64,000 nt of DNA from Thelocarpon superellum (lineage: Eukaryota), in contig JAPEUG010000052.1 in the NCBI GenBank assembly GCA_026025795.1, forward strand, positions 1 to 64,000, written 5' to 3'. Every line of letters begins with the position of its first letter. Position 1 is the first letter of the stretch. This document shows positions 1-12,618 of the stretch, in pieces. The notes below the pieces were generated by a model. That model worked only from the letters and a program-made list of their open reading frames with translations. It was not told the origin of the DNA and made no database searches. The position numbers and the translations under genes are program-made.

Positions 1-191
1 CCACGGGTGGCGCTGGTGCCCCGTCGCCGCCTCCTCCCTCCTCTTCCTCCTCTCCCACGTCTGGTCCTCCGCCCGAGGCAGCTAACCCGCTCAAGAGCGT
101 GGCGGCCAAGTCCCACGGCGAGGGAACGTGGGGCATGATGGGATTCATTGGGGTCGTCAGTCTTGCCCTGGTTTTTGTCGTCGTGTTGTAG
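1..191 (+). CDS. 3' end of a probable GPI-anchored or cell-surface protein (partial, begins before the window)
   Basis: The frame starting at base 3 reads TGGAGAPSPPPPSSSSSPTSGPPPEAANPLKSVAAKSHGEGTWGMMGFIGVVSLALVFVVVL* (TAG 189-191). A Ser/Pro-rich stalk, small residues and a hydrophobic C-terminal tail fit a GPI signal. Confidence 0.6.
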   Translation, partial: TGGAGAPSPPPPSSSSSPTSGPPPEAANPLKSVAAKSHGEGTWGMMGFIGVVSLALVFVVVL

Positions 192-979
192 ACGCCACAA
201 TCCACCTATGCTGATCCACTGCCTCTGCATGACTCTGTGACCTTATGTGGGGTGACACTCTTCCCCATTCCTTCCTTTCGTCCGTTCTCCGTTTCCGGGA
301 TTTACCTGTTTGTTTGCGTAGAAGGAACGCCAGGGTGGTGGCTTGACTTGGCTTGGCTCGTCTGGCTTACTTGACTCGACTGCTGCTTTACACATTATAG
401 ATCGGGAGACAATGGCATCGTATAATGACATTCCCTCCCTCCCTTCTTGGGCTTGATCATCCCTCGTGCATCTGGTATATTCAATAAGTATCCATCCATC
501 TGGATCCAACTGTAGTGTTTATTCTCAAGTCTCAAATAATATCCGTGGCTATGTCTGGTGCATATACGCAGCATATGGTGATTGACGAAATGAAGGGAGG
601 AAGAAATCGCGATATTCGATATTAATTGATTAGAGTAAGAACGACGCATCTTTTGGCCCATCCATCCATCCATCCATCCACCACGCCGACGACCAGTCCC
701 ATTGCGCCAAGGTGCCCTGTGCATGCTATAACAACTTGCGGCCTCCTGCTCCGTCCTGATACCATCATCCACCAACGCCGTCTGCGGACCGGTTCAACAT
801 CATGCTGCCGCTGGGTGACCCAGACATCACAGTTCCCGCTACGCTACGCTCCACAGAATGCAGTAATGGAAGAACGAACAAACAAATGAGGGCTGTGCGA
901 TCAGGTGGAGTCAAGGCAACGCATGGCACACGCAGCGTGACGCGGACCCATAATGCTCAGCCACTCAGCCACTCGGTCA

Positions 980-3144
980 CTAGCCCAACCACTCGAGCAC
1001 CAATGACCGTGCATCCATCCACAGAGACACAAAAGGAGAGGAGGAGGGAGAAGAACAAGGAGACGGAGACGGAGTGGAAGCGTCGGCGGTACGGATGGAT
1101 GTACCCCGCGTTGACTTTGTCGACGCCCTCGTCGACGCCCTCGTCGTTACGGGCGAGGTGGTGGCTGATAGGTCGAGCGCGCACGACGCAGAGTCCGCGC
1201 GGGCAGATGGCAAAGACCGCACGCGCTGAATGGGCCGTTGGGCTGCAATCTCCTCGGCGGAGAACCAGTTCCCATGCAAGCCGTAGGGAACACGCTGCGG
1301 GAGGTGGACCTTGGCGACGACGTCCGTCATGTGCCGCGCGTCAATGATCCACAGCTCGCTGGTGGCGGACTCCGGCGCGTGCCCGCTCGCGTCGAGCTGG
1401 GCCTCGTCAAAGACGTACGTCAGGATGTAGCCGTCGTCTTCGCTGCGGCTGGGGCGCCGCGGCACGAAGCGCGGTTCTTGCGCGTAGTGGCCCGGCGGCA
1501 TGGAGAAGACCTTGATGGGGTCGTGGGGGTCGGTCGACGCGACCACGTCATCGATGTCGCGCATGTCGACGCATCCGGTGATGGAGACCGGGGGCGAGCG
1601 CAGCCCGCGCGCAATCAACGTCGCCACGTCCATCTTGATCAGCGAGTCGATCTTGACCGCCCGGCCGAGCGCCGCGCTGAAGTTGGAGCTCGACGAACAG
1701 CCGTAGACGTAGCGCGCGGCGGACATGGACAAGTCGCTGCGGATGGAGGGAAATTCAAAGGCGATGGCGGATAATGCCCATTGGTGCGTGATGACGTTAG
1801 GGAGGGTGGCGTCGAGGTCGAAGCGGTAGTAGTAGAGGCGGCATTGGTCCTCTTCGAGCTCGACCGTGCTTCGTCGTGGAGTCGGCGCCGCCATGTCCCC
1901 GGCCGAGAAGACGAGCGACGCCGACGTGAGCCGGCACGACAGCATGTTGACGGCCGTGGTGCGCGGGCTACCATGGTGGGAGCTCGTCTCATCCCACGTG
2001 TTGGCGTTGTGAAAGATGCAGCATGCGCTCGTCTCAAACCACCGCACTTGCTCCGGGTGGCGGCGGGGAAAGACGCCGAAGCGAGAGACCGCGGACGGAT
2101 CATAGCTCACCACCGGCTCGTTGCGCGCGAGATTGAGCGGGTTCAGCGACAGCGGGAGATCCATGATGACGGTGTGCGTGAGCGAGACGCCAAAGTCGTG
2201 CATCATCTTGGGCGAGGACACGCCCGGCACCGTCGCGTTGAGGAGCGGCGGCGCGGGCCGGTAGATGGTGTGGTCGGTGCTGGGCACGATGGAATAATGC
2301 ACATAGGGCGGAATGAAGGTCGAGTGAAACAGGATGAGCTCACGGCTCTCAGGATCCACGCGGGGCTGCCACGGTTAGCCTTGATCCATGTCCTGCGTTG
2401 CCGTGGACTTACATGTGCTGTCGTCCACTCCTTCATGAAGCCCACCAGCCCCGGGCCGCCAAAGACATCACCATCATGGTCGGCGCTGATCTCGCCCTCG
2501 GCTCGGCGTCCGTTGAACCAGCCCACGGTGTCCAAGCTCGGCAAGGCGATGCGCATCGGGGGACCGCTCTCACACGTCGCCAGCGCGCGTCCGTCGTGGT
2601 AGAGGATGTTGGTGTTGGCGACGCTGATCCTCTTGATGGCCTGCTGCGAGCCCCAGAGACGTGACAGGATCACCAGCAGGATGGTCCGGAAGATGCGGAG
2701 GATGATGGCAATCAACGAGGTGAGCGGGTCCACGAGCGTCGTGATGCTGGGCAAGATGGGCGTCTGCAGGGACGGCGTGGTGACGGAGGAGAGAAAGACG
2801 TCGGTCAAGATGTACTTGTTGACAAACTCCGGCTGCACCCGTCCACAGTCTCGTCCTGCCTCGCCGACCCCGCCTCCGTCCGCGCCGCCGGGCCGCGGCC
2901 GAAAGGTCACCCCGCTGAGCATGCCGTCGCCGTCAAACCAATGTGCATCTCGGCCCAGGTCCTCGTTGGTGATGGGATTGCCCCCGTTGCGCACATATTC
3001 GCCGCCGATGAGCTCCTCGGGAATGTCGCCGCTGTAGCCGCAAGGGATCAAGGGTTGGATGCGATGAATGGGGGCAAAATTGCCCTCAAGGTACGGATGC
3101 CGCTGGGCCGGTGGCGCCCTCTCCTTCTCGTTATGAACCACCAT
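980..3144 (-). CDS. carX: Carotenoid oxygenase (RPE65/CCD family), CarX-type retinal-forming enzyme
   Basis: HPYLEGNFAP, EYVRNGGNP and HWFDGDGM motifs. Four Fe-ligand His contexts (TAHPR, MMHDF, IFHNAN, YGLHGNW). One intron at 2366-2412 (GTAAGT...GCTAAC...CAG) joins ORFs 2203..3144 and 980..2359. Confidence 0.93.
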
Positions 3145-4499
3145 CAGGGCGAAGGCTCATCGAGCAGACGGCGGCCACCAGATTCATGGGGACCTGGTGT
3201 GGTGTGCGGACGGTACTCGAGGTGGGTGCGTGAAGGCACGGTGCACAGAGGACGTAGGTCGGGAGGGAGGTAGAGCGGTAGGTCGAGGGTGGGTCGGTGA
3301 ATGCGTCCGGGTACCTCGGTCGACTCCACTCCGACAGCTTGGATGCTCGATTGGCCGCCACGACGATGCGCCCTGCTCTGGGGAAGGCGCGCTTGGGGGG
3401 GACATGACTTCATGGCGCGCCACCCGGCAGTGTGCGCCGTGGGCTGTTGCCCGTGCGGCTCTAGCTGGGTCGTGGTGTGTTTGGGAGCGCCGATGATGCC
3501 GTCATGAGTGACCGGGCTGGACGGAATGCACTCCGCCCTTAGCCTGGCAAGGTCGACAGGGGTGGGAAGGGATCGGCTCTCCACTACCGCGTGAATGCAG
3601 GCCGATTTCTGGTTTCCGGTCTCCGGCCGGGGGTCGCCGGTCACCGGGCTGTGGGTGTCGCTGGTGCCGCAGGCGTGGTCGCGCCAGCGTTAGGGCAGCA
3701 GCGGGCAGGACTTCCGACGGGTAGGGACCAATTCCAGATGCTCCCGCACCAACGCGGCGCGTCGGGTAGACTTGACCATTGTGACTCGCTCGGTCGGACG
3801 GGGGTCCAGCGGGCTCGCCGCTTTGACGGCGGCCTGAGCGAACGGGTGGTGCGGGCCCATGTTGGGACGGGGCACGGACCATAGTCGGTGAGCTTCTTGG
3901 TCAGCCTGCTCACCCTGGTCGTCCTGGACGAGTGGACGAGTCGTCGCAGCCGCGTGGACGATGATTGGGGCGAGGGGATTGGGTCCCGGCGAAGAGACGC
4001 TGGACAAAGCGGAGACGGGCGGAGCTTCCCCTCTTTTCCCGCCGCGCTCTTTGCGATCGTGACCCATCCGGTTTTTCCTCCAACGACCGTCGACCAACGG
4101 CAACCCGCAAACGTTGGCCCGATCCTCACCCATCCGACGAATCCCGCCCGGCCCCTCCGTCGCGACGGATCACGTTGCTCGGCGTCGATCAGGTCTTGGG
4201 CATCCGGCATCCGGCATCCGGCATCCGTCCCCCGTCCTCCGTCGTGCGTCCGGCCGCGCACACCTAGCGTGGACTCGACCGTGCCCCCAGCGTGACGCTC
4301 TGCTCCCTCTGGTAGGCGCTATCCTGCTCGTGCCTGCGCCCGCGCCCTGGCCACTGGGCGGAGATCTCTCCGTTGGTGGTGATGCCGGGCCGGGAGATCT
4401 CGACCTCACTCACGCGTTGCTCAAGGTCGCCGCGGCCTCGTCGCTCCCATCGTCTCATCCACCCCCGATCGCACGTGCGATTGCGACTGCAATTGCGCC
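3145..4499. promoter_or_regulatory. Divergent intergenic/promoter region shared by carX and carRA
   Basis: Head-to-head ATGs at 3144(-) and 4500(+) with no credible CDS between them. Perfect palindrome ATCGCACGTGCGAT at 4468-4481. Confidence 0.55.
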
Positions 4500-6421
4500 A
4501 TGGGGCTCGACTACGCCTGGGTGTAAGCTGCGCTCCTCCCGGGTGGTGGGAGAAGATGAATGTTGATGGTCCGTAGTCATCTGTCGTACACGATTCCGCC
4601 CGCCTTGATCCTGTCGGCGCTGTACCGATATTTCTGGACGCGTCGCGATGTCTACAAGCTCGCCTTCCTCACCGCCGTAAGAGCCCCCAGGTCTCCAGAC
4701 ATCCTCCATGGATCCGACTAATGGCCGCCCAGATTGCCGTGTGCGCCACCATCCCGTGGGACTCGTACCTGATCCGTCGCCAGATCTGGACCTACCCGGC
4801 GCAGGGCATCCTCGGCCCGACGCTGTTTGCCATCCCCGCCGAGGAGATCTTCTTCTTTGTCATCCAGACCTACATCACCACCGTGCTCTATCTGATCGCG
4901 TCCAAGCCCACCTTCCACGTGGCCTACCTCGACCGACCGCACCAGGGCGCCGGCGCGGACCCGCGCGGAGTGCGTCGCCACGACCGCGTCGCCCCCCACC
5001 TCTACGGATGGACCGGACGCGTGGTGATTGGGAGCGCGCTGCTGTGGGCGCTGGCCATGCTCTCCGCCGGCGGACGCACGACCTACCTCGCCTTGATCGT
5101 GGCCTGGGCGGGCTCCTTTCTGCTGCTGTTGTGGAGCGTCACGGCGCCCTTCATCCTCTACCTCCCCTGGACCAACACGGTGGTGCCCATCGTGGTGCCG
5201 ACGGTGTACCTCTGGATCGTCGACACGGTGTCGATGAAGCGCGGGACGTGGGTCATCGAAGCCGGCACCAAGCTCGGGTGGCATCTCTGGCCCGGGCTGG
5301 ATGTGGAGGAGGCCCTCTTCTTCCTCCTGACCAACACCCTGATCGTCTTCGGGCTGGTGGCGTTTGACAAAGCCCTGGCCATCCTCGACGCCTTTCCCAA
5401 CCATTTCCCCGTCGTGCCGCCCACTCCGTCGGTGGCGATGCTCATCCGCGCCTTGGTGTGGAACCCGACGGGCACCGAGGCGCTCCGGGTGCACGCCTTC
5501 CAACGCGGGCTCGAGCGCCTGCGGACGAAGAGCAAGAGCTTCTATCTGGCCAGCGCCTGCTTTCAGGGCCGGCTGCGCATCGACCTGATGTCGCTGTACT
5601 CCTTCTGCCGCGTGGCCGACGACCTGGTCGACGAGGCCATGACGACGGAGGAGGCGGCGGCGCAGGTGGCCTTGTTGCGCCAGTTCCTGGCCCTGGCCTA
5701 CGGCAACGGCGGACAGGCCATGACCGTCGACGAGTACGTGCGAGAGAACTTTGCCGCCGACATCCAGTACGCCCTGCTGCAGCTGCCGACGGAGCACCTG
5801 TCGCGACAGCCGCTGGAAGACCTGCTGGAAGGCTTCGAGATGGATCTGACCTTCCAGGCCAAGGGCGGCCCGTGGGTGCGGCGCGAGCCCTTTCCCATCG
5901 CGACGCACGACGACCTCGACGTGTACGCGTCGCGGGTGGCGGGCACCGTGGCCGAGCTGTGTCTGGAGCTGATCCTCTTGCACGCGGGCGGGTCGATGAG
6001 CGCGGCCGCGCGACGCTCGCTCATCGCCGCGGGGCAGCGCATGGGGATCGCGCTCCAGCACGTCAACATTGCGCGCGACATCACGCTGGACGCCTTGATG
6101 GGACGGGTGTACATCCCGACGGAGTGGCTGACCCCGGTCGGCTTGATGCCGATCGACATCCTGGACTGGCCCGACTCGCGCAAGGTGGAACCGCTCCGGC
6201 TCCGGCTGATCGACGAGGCCGATCGGATGTACGACGAGGCCCGTCCGGCGCTGGACCGTCTCCCGGTCGAGGCGCGCGCCCCAACGCGTGTGGCCATCGA
6301 GAGCTACATGGAGATTGGCCGGGTGCTACGTGACGGCACGTTCACCTGGCGTGGGGTTCGTCGTGCAGTGCCGACGTGGCGTCGCCTGCTCGTCGCCTTC
6401 CGCGCCCTAAGCCAGGGCTAA
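4500..6421 (+). CDS. carRA: Bifunctional lycopene cyclase / phytoene synthase (al-2/carRA)
   Basis: Exons 4500-4522, 4577-4676 and 4733-6421 give MGLDYAWVHLSYTIPP...PWDSYLI...PAEEIFFF (cyclase), then KSKSFYLAS, FCRVADDLVDE and LQHVNIARDI (phytoene synthase). Confidence 0.95.
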
Positions 6422-7205
6422 GCGAGAGCGAGAGCGGCGGCGGGAGTGCGCGAGGCAAAGTGAGTGCGCGCGGCGCGGACGAGGACGAGGACGTGGAGAT
6501 GTGACGAGTAAGATGCAGTCAGTGGCGCGGTACCTGGTGGTGATGATGATGAAGATGGCGATGGCGACGGCGATGGCGATGAGCATAGAGATCAGAACGG
6601 CATGGATGGATGGAAAGAAGGGCATTGGCGTGGGAGAACAGTCGGGTACAACACCGTGGACATTATGGACTCGGACATTAATTAGCGTCATCAGGGACCA
6701 TGGGGGGAGTAAGGGAGAAGGAATTGAAAACTGGGATGGGCTGGCGGGACAGGAGACTGACTAGTGGGATCACTGGGACTGCCAAGAGGCGCAGGCGACG
6801 AGATGTTACGGAGCTTTGATCCCACCGAACGCTTACCACGGACAAAGGCGCGAGGGAAATGTAGTGAGCTGACGAGGCCGGCAAGGTGCGATTGTTCGCT
6901 TACTAAGCTTTCCTTTTCGCTGCCAGCTGCACAATTACGGTCGCAAGCGATTCCTTTTCTTACAGGGAGCAAAGATCGGTTATTCAATTATTCGCACTCA
7001 TTAATGCTCAGGCTAGGGCAAAAGTCGAGGTACCGCTTGGTGAATGGAGACTGATGAACGCATCAACCTCACCGTCACCGTGCAGGGGAGCGCCAGAAAC
7101 GAGAGATTTTCGCCTTCTTTGCAGTTCCTTCACAGGGGGTTAGATCTGAGGGCATAGCCAACGACAGAAACCCAGGACAGTTCGCAAGGGACGAGAGACG
7201 GCGGC

Positions 7206-8235
7206 TTAGACTGTCTGACCCGCTGTCGCCGTCGTCGTCGTCGCGCCGTTCGAGCCCGTCACGCCGTGATGGTGCTTTTCCGTAACGCCGCCGGTGGTAG
7301 GCACGGCGTCGTAGTCGCGAATGTGCAGGCCGAGCCGAGACGGGACGATGTTGCGGTGCCCGAAGAGAAGGAGCGCGCCAAAGACAGGCTTGGCCAGCAC
7401 GTCGAGAATGCCGTAGAAGACGGCCTCCGAGTCGGGAGAGATGACGTTCCCGCCCTCGCAGAGACCCCAGGCGATCGGGTAGAGGAACCACAGGAAGATG
7501 GTCCAGACACCGCACATGAGGTAGACGCGTCGCACATCGTCGCCCAGCGCCGTCGCATGCAGGCGCGCCGTAAAGGTAACGTGCCACGCCACGCCGAAGA
7601 AGGCGAAGCACCCTGTGCCACGTTAGCCACGTCACTCCAGCGGGCGGAGCGGCGGCGAGACGGAGGGGTCGTACCAAAGACAAAGTATCCCCACTTGTAG
7701 CTGGTGTCCACCAAGGCACCGACCAGTCCCGTCACGATCATGATCTCATCGAGTAGGATGGTAAAGAGGATCGTGGGCCACGGGAGCCCCGCGGTGAGGA
7801 GCAGGTCCAAGAGCAACAGCGGCGTCGTGATGAACCTGTCCCGCAGGTATGAGACGGAGATGGATCAGGGGGTGTGGAGCGCCTGCTCAGCGTCACTCAC
7901 CAGTCAATGTAGCGGACGTAAAAGATCTCGCGGTTGAAGCCGGCCACCTTGGAGTTGTTGAAGCGTTGGAACTCGACGTTCACCGGCACCCAGCCCAGGT
8001 TCGAGGCCATGGTGAAGTAGGCGATCGCCGCGACCAGGGTGATGGCCGCAGTGATGTAGTGAAACACCCGGTCCGTACGAGGCTTGGTGAAGCTGAGGCC
8101 GATGAAGACAAAGGTGGAGACGGTCATGATGGCCGTCACCGTCCAATACCAGTCCGAGCCGCGGACGGTGATGTTGATCTGCGACGCCACGCCATTGAAC
8201 GTGTTCCCGTTGACGTCGAGCGCCTGGTTGACCAT
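7206..8235 (-). CDS. carO: Fungal rhodopsin (CarO-type opsin), 7 TM
   Basis: Exons 8235-7901, 7835-7675 and 7612-7206. Helix C reads RYIDWFITTPLLLLDL and helix G reads YGILDVLAKPVFG, with the retinal Lys present. Confidence 0.95.
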
Positions 8236-10639
8236 GATGGCGGTGGTGACAGGAGTCGTCAGAGTACTGGGTAGATCAGGGGAAGGTCAGATCGAGCAGG
8301 CAGCACGCGGGAGAGGTAGGGCTGAGAGTGGTGATGGAGGACGAACGTCAAGTGGGGGGGATGGGCCGTTTATGAGACGGTGTTGCGCTAAAGGGATGCG
8401 ATGGCCTGCTTGCGCCGGGAAGGAGCGAGAGGGAGGGTGGGCGGGTGGCGGCGCTATACGATGTGAGGTGAATGATGGATGATGACGGAGCGACCAACTA
8501 CGAGGCCAGTGCCAGGGAAGACTCAATGCCGATGCAGAGGCACCCTAACGACCGACGGTGAATCAGCACTCACACCCCTGGCCGTGGTCCGCCTGGCAGT
8601 AGGCCGGATCATCGTCGACCGGGGCCCTGACCGCGTTTTGCCAGCGGCGCATGATCGGGTCGGCAAATGGGCAATGGGCACTGGGCAACGGGCAATAGGC
8701 AATGGTCAGGTCGAGCACTTGCTCCCTAACCTGGCGCGGGACTCATCGCGACGGAACGCGCGGGTCCTGCGTGGACGAGCCCCGACGTGGGCGAAATCTT
8801 GGCACGACTCCGGCAGCGTTCGCAGGCGAGGCCGGTCGGACTGGAGTCCGGCGGAGGCCAGCCGACCACTGGTGCCCCGGGCGAGGTACGCCCCAGGCGA
8901 GACATGGTGGGACCCTACGACCCGTAAGCGACCGAGGGCGCAACGCTGAGACGGGCGCAGAAGCTCATCCCCGTGCACGACGGGCAAGACGGCGGGCCAG
9001 AGGCATGGAGTGATGACGTCGGGCCAGCCATGTCGAGCTGGGGGCGTCCATGGCAAAGCTTGTGGCAAGCTTGCACGGACCGGAAGATGACGAGCAGGGA
9101 TGTGTCCCGACCAATCCGCTCCGACCGCCCTCGTCGTCGCCAGTGTTGGCACTAAAAAGGCCGCATCGAAGCGACGTCCCGCTTGCCCACTGCCATGGCG
9201 CCGTTACTTGTAACGTAGTGCGGCGCTGCCAACTTCCTGACCCTATCAGCGAGGCGAAGCGGAGCTTCGGCGGGGAAAGCTTGGTCAGACGACTCGCCGC
9301 TCCTTCTGCGGCGCGGGATCGCGCGGGCGACCGCTGGAGGCGGGAGCCACGGGGCCGCCACCAAGGCGGGGAATGCGGTGATGCGTGATGCGCCTTGCTT
9401 TGCGCCGCACGGCCTGTGCTGTCCAGTGCTAGACCGTTCCACGTCGCCGCCACCCTGCGTCCAGCGGTGATGATCGTCGTGCGCGTCGTGGTAGAAGCCA
9501 GGCATGGGAATGTACGTCTACGCGCACGAGTACCGAGTCCCGAGTCCCGAGTCCCTCTCCATTCTCGACCCGCAATCAGGTTCCAGCGCCTCTCCGAGCG
9601 TGGACGACACGCTTGCACCCGCGGCGGCCCCTTCGTCACCACGTCCCTCTCGCGACGAGTGCGGTCGTGGTCGTGGGAGGCGGGCAATTCCTGCGGCAAC
9701 CTGTGCATCCGGCCCATCCGGCCCATCCGATCCGCCCGGACAATCCAAATCCAACCATGCCCAACGCACGCTGAAAGCTTCGGCGACTTCCGATGCAGCC
9801 GACGTGGTGCAAGCGGGAAGCGCAGGAGCGGTCAATCGATGAATCACCGTCAAACGCCCTCCGCCCCCGCTTTTCCACCTTTGATGTGGCGGCCTGCGGC
9901 CTGATGCTTGAGGAGGCCTTTGAGCAGACCAATGGGACTAGGGTCACATGCACTTGGCCCTTCCCAATCTCGAGGCGGCCATTGTGATGCGTTGTGGGAT
10001 GACATGCCGTGGTACGGTACATCACGGAACATCATCATCGTCGGCCTGGATCGGCCCCGATCTTAGCGTCGGCAAAACTTGCAGCGGCGACGAACGCGGT
10101 GCTTGCCGCTTTTACATCCATCTCTTCCGTGACTCAGCGCCGTCCGAGTGTCACGCGAGGGAAGCGAAGAGGATCCTGCTGCGGGACGCTCGGCATCTGT
10201 GCGAGGTCGCCGTGCAATGACAGCTTCCCGGACCCCGGTCAGCATTAGGATGCTCCCACGATGACTGAACCCTGTCGATTGGGAGCTTTCCAGACGTATG
10301 GTACAAGGACCTTTCGAAGAGCCCGTTGCCAACGTCGGTGCCGCGCTGGGTAGGATAAAATGATTCGGATTGTTTTTCGCGGATCTCTTAACGCGTCTCA
10401 CCATACCAACACCAAGCTGCGGTGCATCAAGCTGGGATCGTGGCCTAACAGTATCTACGGTCGTGCTTCATGGGACCGGGTCACGTTTTAGGGTGTCGCT
10501 CGTTCTACCGAGTCGCCCGTTCTACCATGTCGCCCGTTCTACCATGTTGCCTCGCCTTGCCATGCGTCCATCGTAAGGATGAAACACAAGCCCATATAAT
10601 GAGGTGACGAGACGTGACTGCTCGATGAGACCGGGCGGC

Positions 10640-12358
10640 TCACTGGCCGGATGAAAGCGCGCGCGGGTCCAGAAGACCCTGACGGTAGAGTAGTGCCAAG
10701 ATGGAGACGACGACCATGAGCAGCGGCACGGGGACCATCGATAGCCGGGACCATGGCTGCATCTGATCGATGCCCGCCCGGCGATCGGGCTGCCACCCCT
10801 TGGCTTTCCCCGCCCCCCACGGCGGGGTCAGGCCCGATTGGGCCAAAATTTGCTCCGTCGTGATCTTGCTTCCAGCTAAACAGATGGGCACCCCGGTCCC
10901 CGGATGGGTGCTGGCGCCAACGAAGAAGCAGCGATCAATGTCAGGGTGTCTGGTGCTAGGACGGAAGCTGAGGACGTTGAAGAAGCTGTGGCTGAGCCCG
11001 AGGATGGCGCCTCGGTCGAGGTTGAACGTGTCTTTCCACGACTGCGGCGTGTTGGTCGTCTCGTGAAGGAGCGATTGGCGGAGGCCGCGGGCGCCGGTGC
11101 GCGCCTCGATCGTCGCGAGCACCATGTCACGCGCCGTGCGGACCATGGCCGTCCAGTCTTGCGCCTCCGGCGCCCCTTCTCCCGACGCCGCGTCGCGGAG
11201 ATGTCCCACGGGCACGAGAACGACGATGGCGTCTTTGCCCGACGGTGCGGCGCTGGGGTCGACCCGACTCGGCACATTGACGTAGAAGGATGGCTGTGCC
11301 GGCATATGCTGCCGGTCAAAGATGTCGTCAAACGATTCACGGTAGTGGTCGGCCAGGAAGATGTTGTGGACCTGCAGCTCCGGGATGACGCGGTCCATGG
11401 CCCAGTAAAAGGAGATGCTGCTGCAGGAGGCCGACCGGGTGGCGAGACGCGTGGCGCGCGACGTGACCGGGAAGAGGTGGTGGTAGGCGTAGACCAGATC
11501 GGCGTTGACGACCACGACGTCGGCCGTCAGGCGTTCGCCCGACTCGAGCGTGACGCCGGTGGCCGTGCGTTGGTCGTCCGCGAGGTCGACGGAGGCGACG
11601 GGCGTGGCGAGGCGATACTTGACCCCCTGGCGCATGCCGATGGTGACGAGGGCGTCGACGACGCGGTGGAATCCGCCGCGAGGATACCAGATGCCTTCGG
11701 CCAACTCGGTGTATTGGAGCAACGAGTAGGTGCCGGGAGCGTCAAACGGGCTCATGCCCATGTACATGCTCCCAAAGGTGAAGACCCGACGGAGCCGCTC
11801 GGTCCAGAAGTAGCGCGAGGCACGGCCGTAGACGGACTCAAAGGGATGCAGGGTCAGGAGGTGGCGCACGAAGCTGGGTCGGGCCATGGACCAGAGGGAG
11901 GTGAAGTTCTTCTGGAGGACGTGCGTCACGCTGAGCTCGTAGTGTCGATGGGCCTCCTGCAGGAAGCCCAGGTAGCGTTCGAACCCATCTTTGCCTTCCC
12001 ACCGTTCGACCTCGGCCTTCATGCGGGCCACATCGGTCGAGAGCTCAAAGGAGGCCCCGTCGCCGAACCAGAGCTGGTAGTTGGGCTCGCACTTGACCAG
12101 ATGCACGCCCTCCTGCTCGAGCGTGGTGCCCAGGTCGGCGAAGACTTGGCGGAAGAGCTCGGGCAGCAAGAGCAGGGACGGGCCTTGGTCAAAGCGGAAG
12201 CCATCACGATGGATCAGAGAGCAACGGCCGCCCGTGAAGCCATTCTTCTCCAGCACCGTGACGTGATATCCGGCGTGGGCCAGACGTGCCGCCGTCGCCA
12301 CACCACCGACCCCGGCGCCGACGACGATGGCCGATCGTGACCGCTCTCCTGATGCCAT
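10640..12358 (-). CDS. carB: Phytoene desaturase (CrtI-type, al-1/carB)
   Basis: ATG 12358: MASGERSRSAIVVGAGVGG (Rossmann FAD fold), GGRCSLI, FDQGPSLLL, GIWYPRGG, FVGASTHPGTGVP and a C-terminal hydrophobic tail. Single uninterrupted ORF. Confidence 0.95.
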   Translation of the reverse strand: MASGERSRSAIVVGAGVGGVATAARLAHAGYHVTVLEKNGFTGGRCSLIHRDGFRFDQGPSLLLLPELFRQVFADLGTTLEQEGVHLVKCEPNYQLWFGDGASFELSTDVARMKAEVERWEGKDGFERYLGFLQEAHRHYELSVTHVLQKNFTSLWSMARPSFVRHLLTLHPFESVYGRASRYFWTERLRRVFTFGSMYMGMSPFDAPGTYSLLQYTELAEGIWYPRGGFHRVVDALVTIGMRQGVKYRLATPVASVDLADDQRTATGVTLESGERLTADVVVVNADLVYAYHHLFPVTSRATRLATRSASCSSISFYWAMDRVIPELQVHNIFLADHYRESFDDIFDRQHMPAQPSFYVNVPSRVDPSAAPSGKDAIVVLVPVGHLRDAASGEGAPEAQDWTAMVRTARDMVLATIEARTGARGLRQSLLHETTNTPQSWKDTFNLDRGAILGLSHSFFNVLSFRPSTRHPDIDRCFFVGASTHPGTGVPICLAGSKITTEQILAQSGLTPPWGAGKAKGWQPDRRAGIDQMQPWSRLSMVPVPLLMVVVSILALLYRQGLLDPRALSSGQ

Positions 12359-12618
12359 GGACGGGGGTGGATCGAGCACACCGCGGACGAGCGATGCATC
12401 GTTTCGAGGCTGACAACAGGCCGACACGCGGACCGGGAGGGAGGGACTCGCCGGTCCGGACTCATGACGTTCCTCGCCGCCGGTGAGAGCTTCGCACCCT
12501 GCGCTACACCAGTAGAGGCTAGCTTCCTTCTAGCTCATTGCCATCTTCGGTATCGCGCGCACGCAGGTCGAGCGGCTCTCGGAACAGCTGCGTGGCCCAC
12601 CGTCAGACCTGGAAGTGC

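Noticed and set aside
4468..4481. Palindrome ATCGCACGTGCGAT as a White Collar light-response element
   Set aside because: Does not match the GATNC-N4-CGATN consensus and lies only about 20 nt before the ATG; unsupported.
8236..10639. Additional gene between carO and carB
   Set aside because: Only short Arg/Pro/Ala-rich ORFs with no motif or convincing splice pattern; probably carO promoter plus carB terminator.
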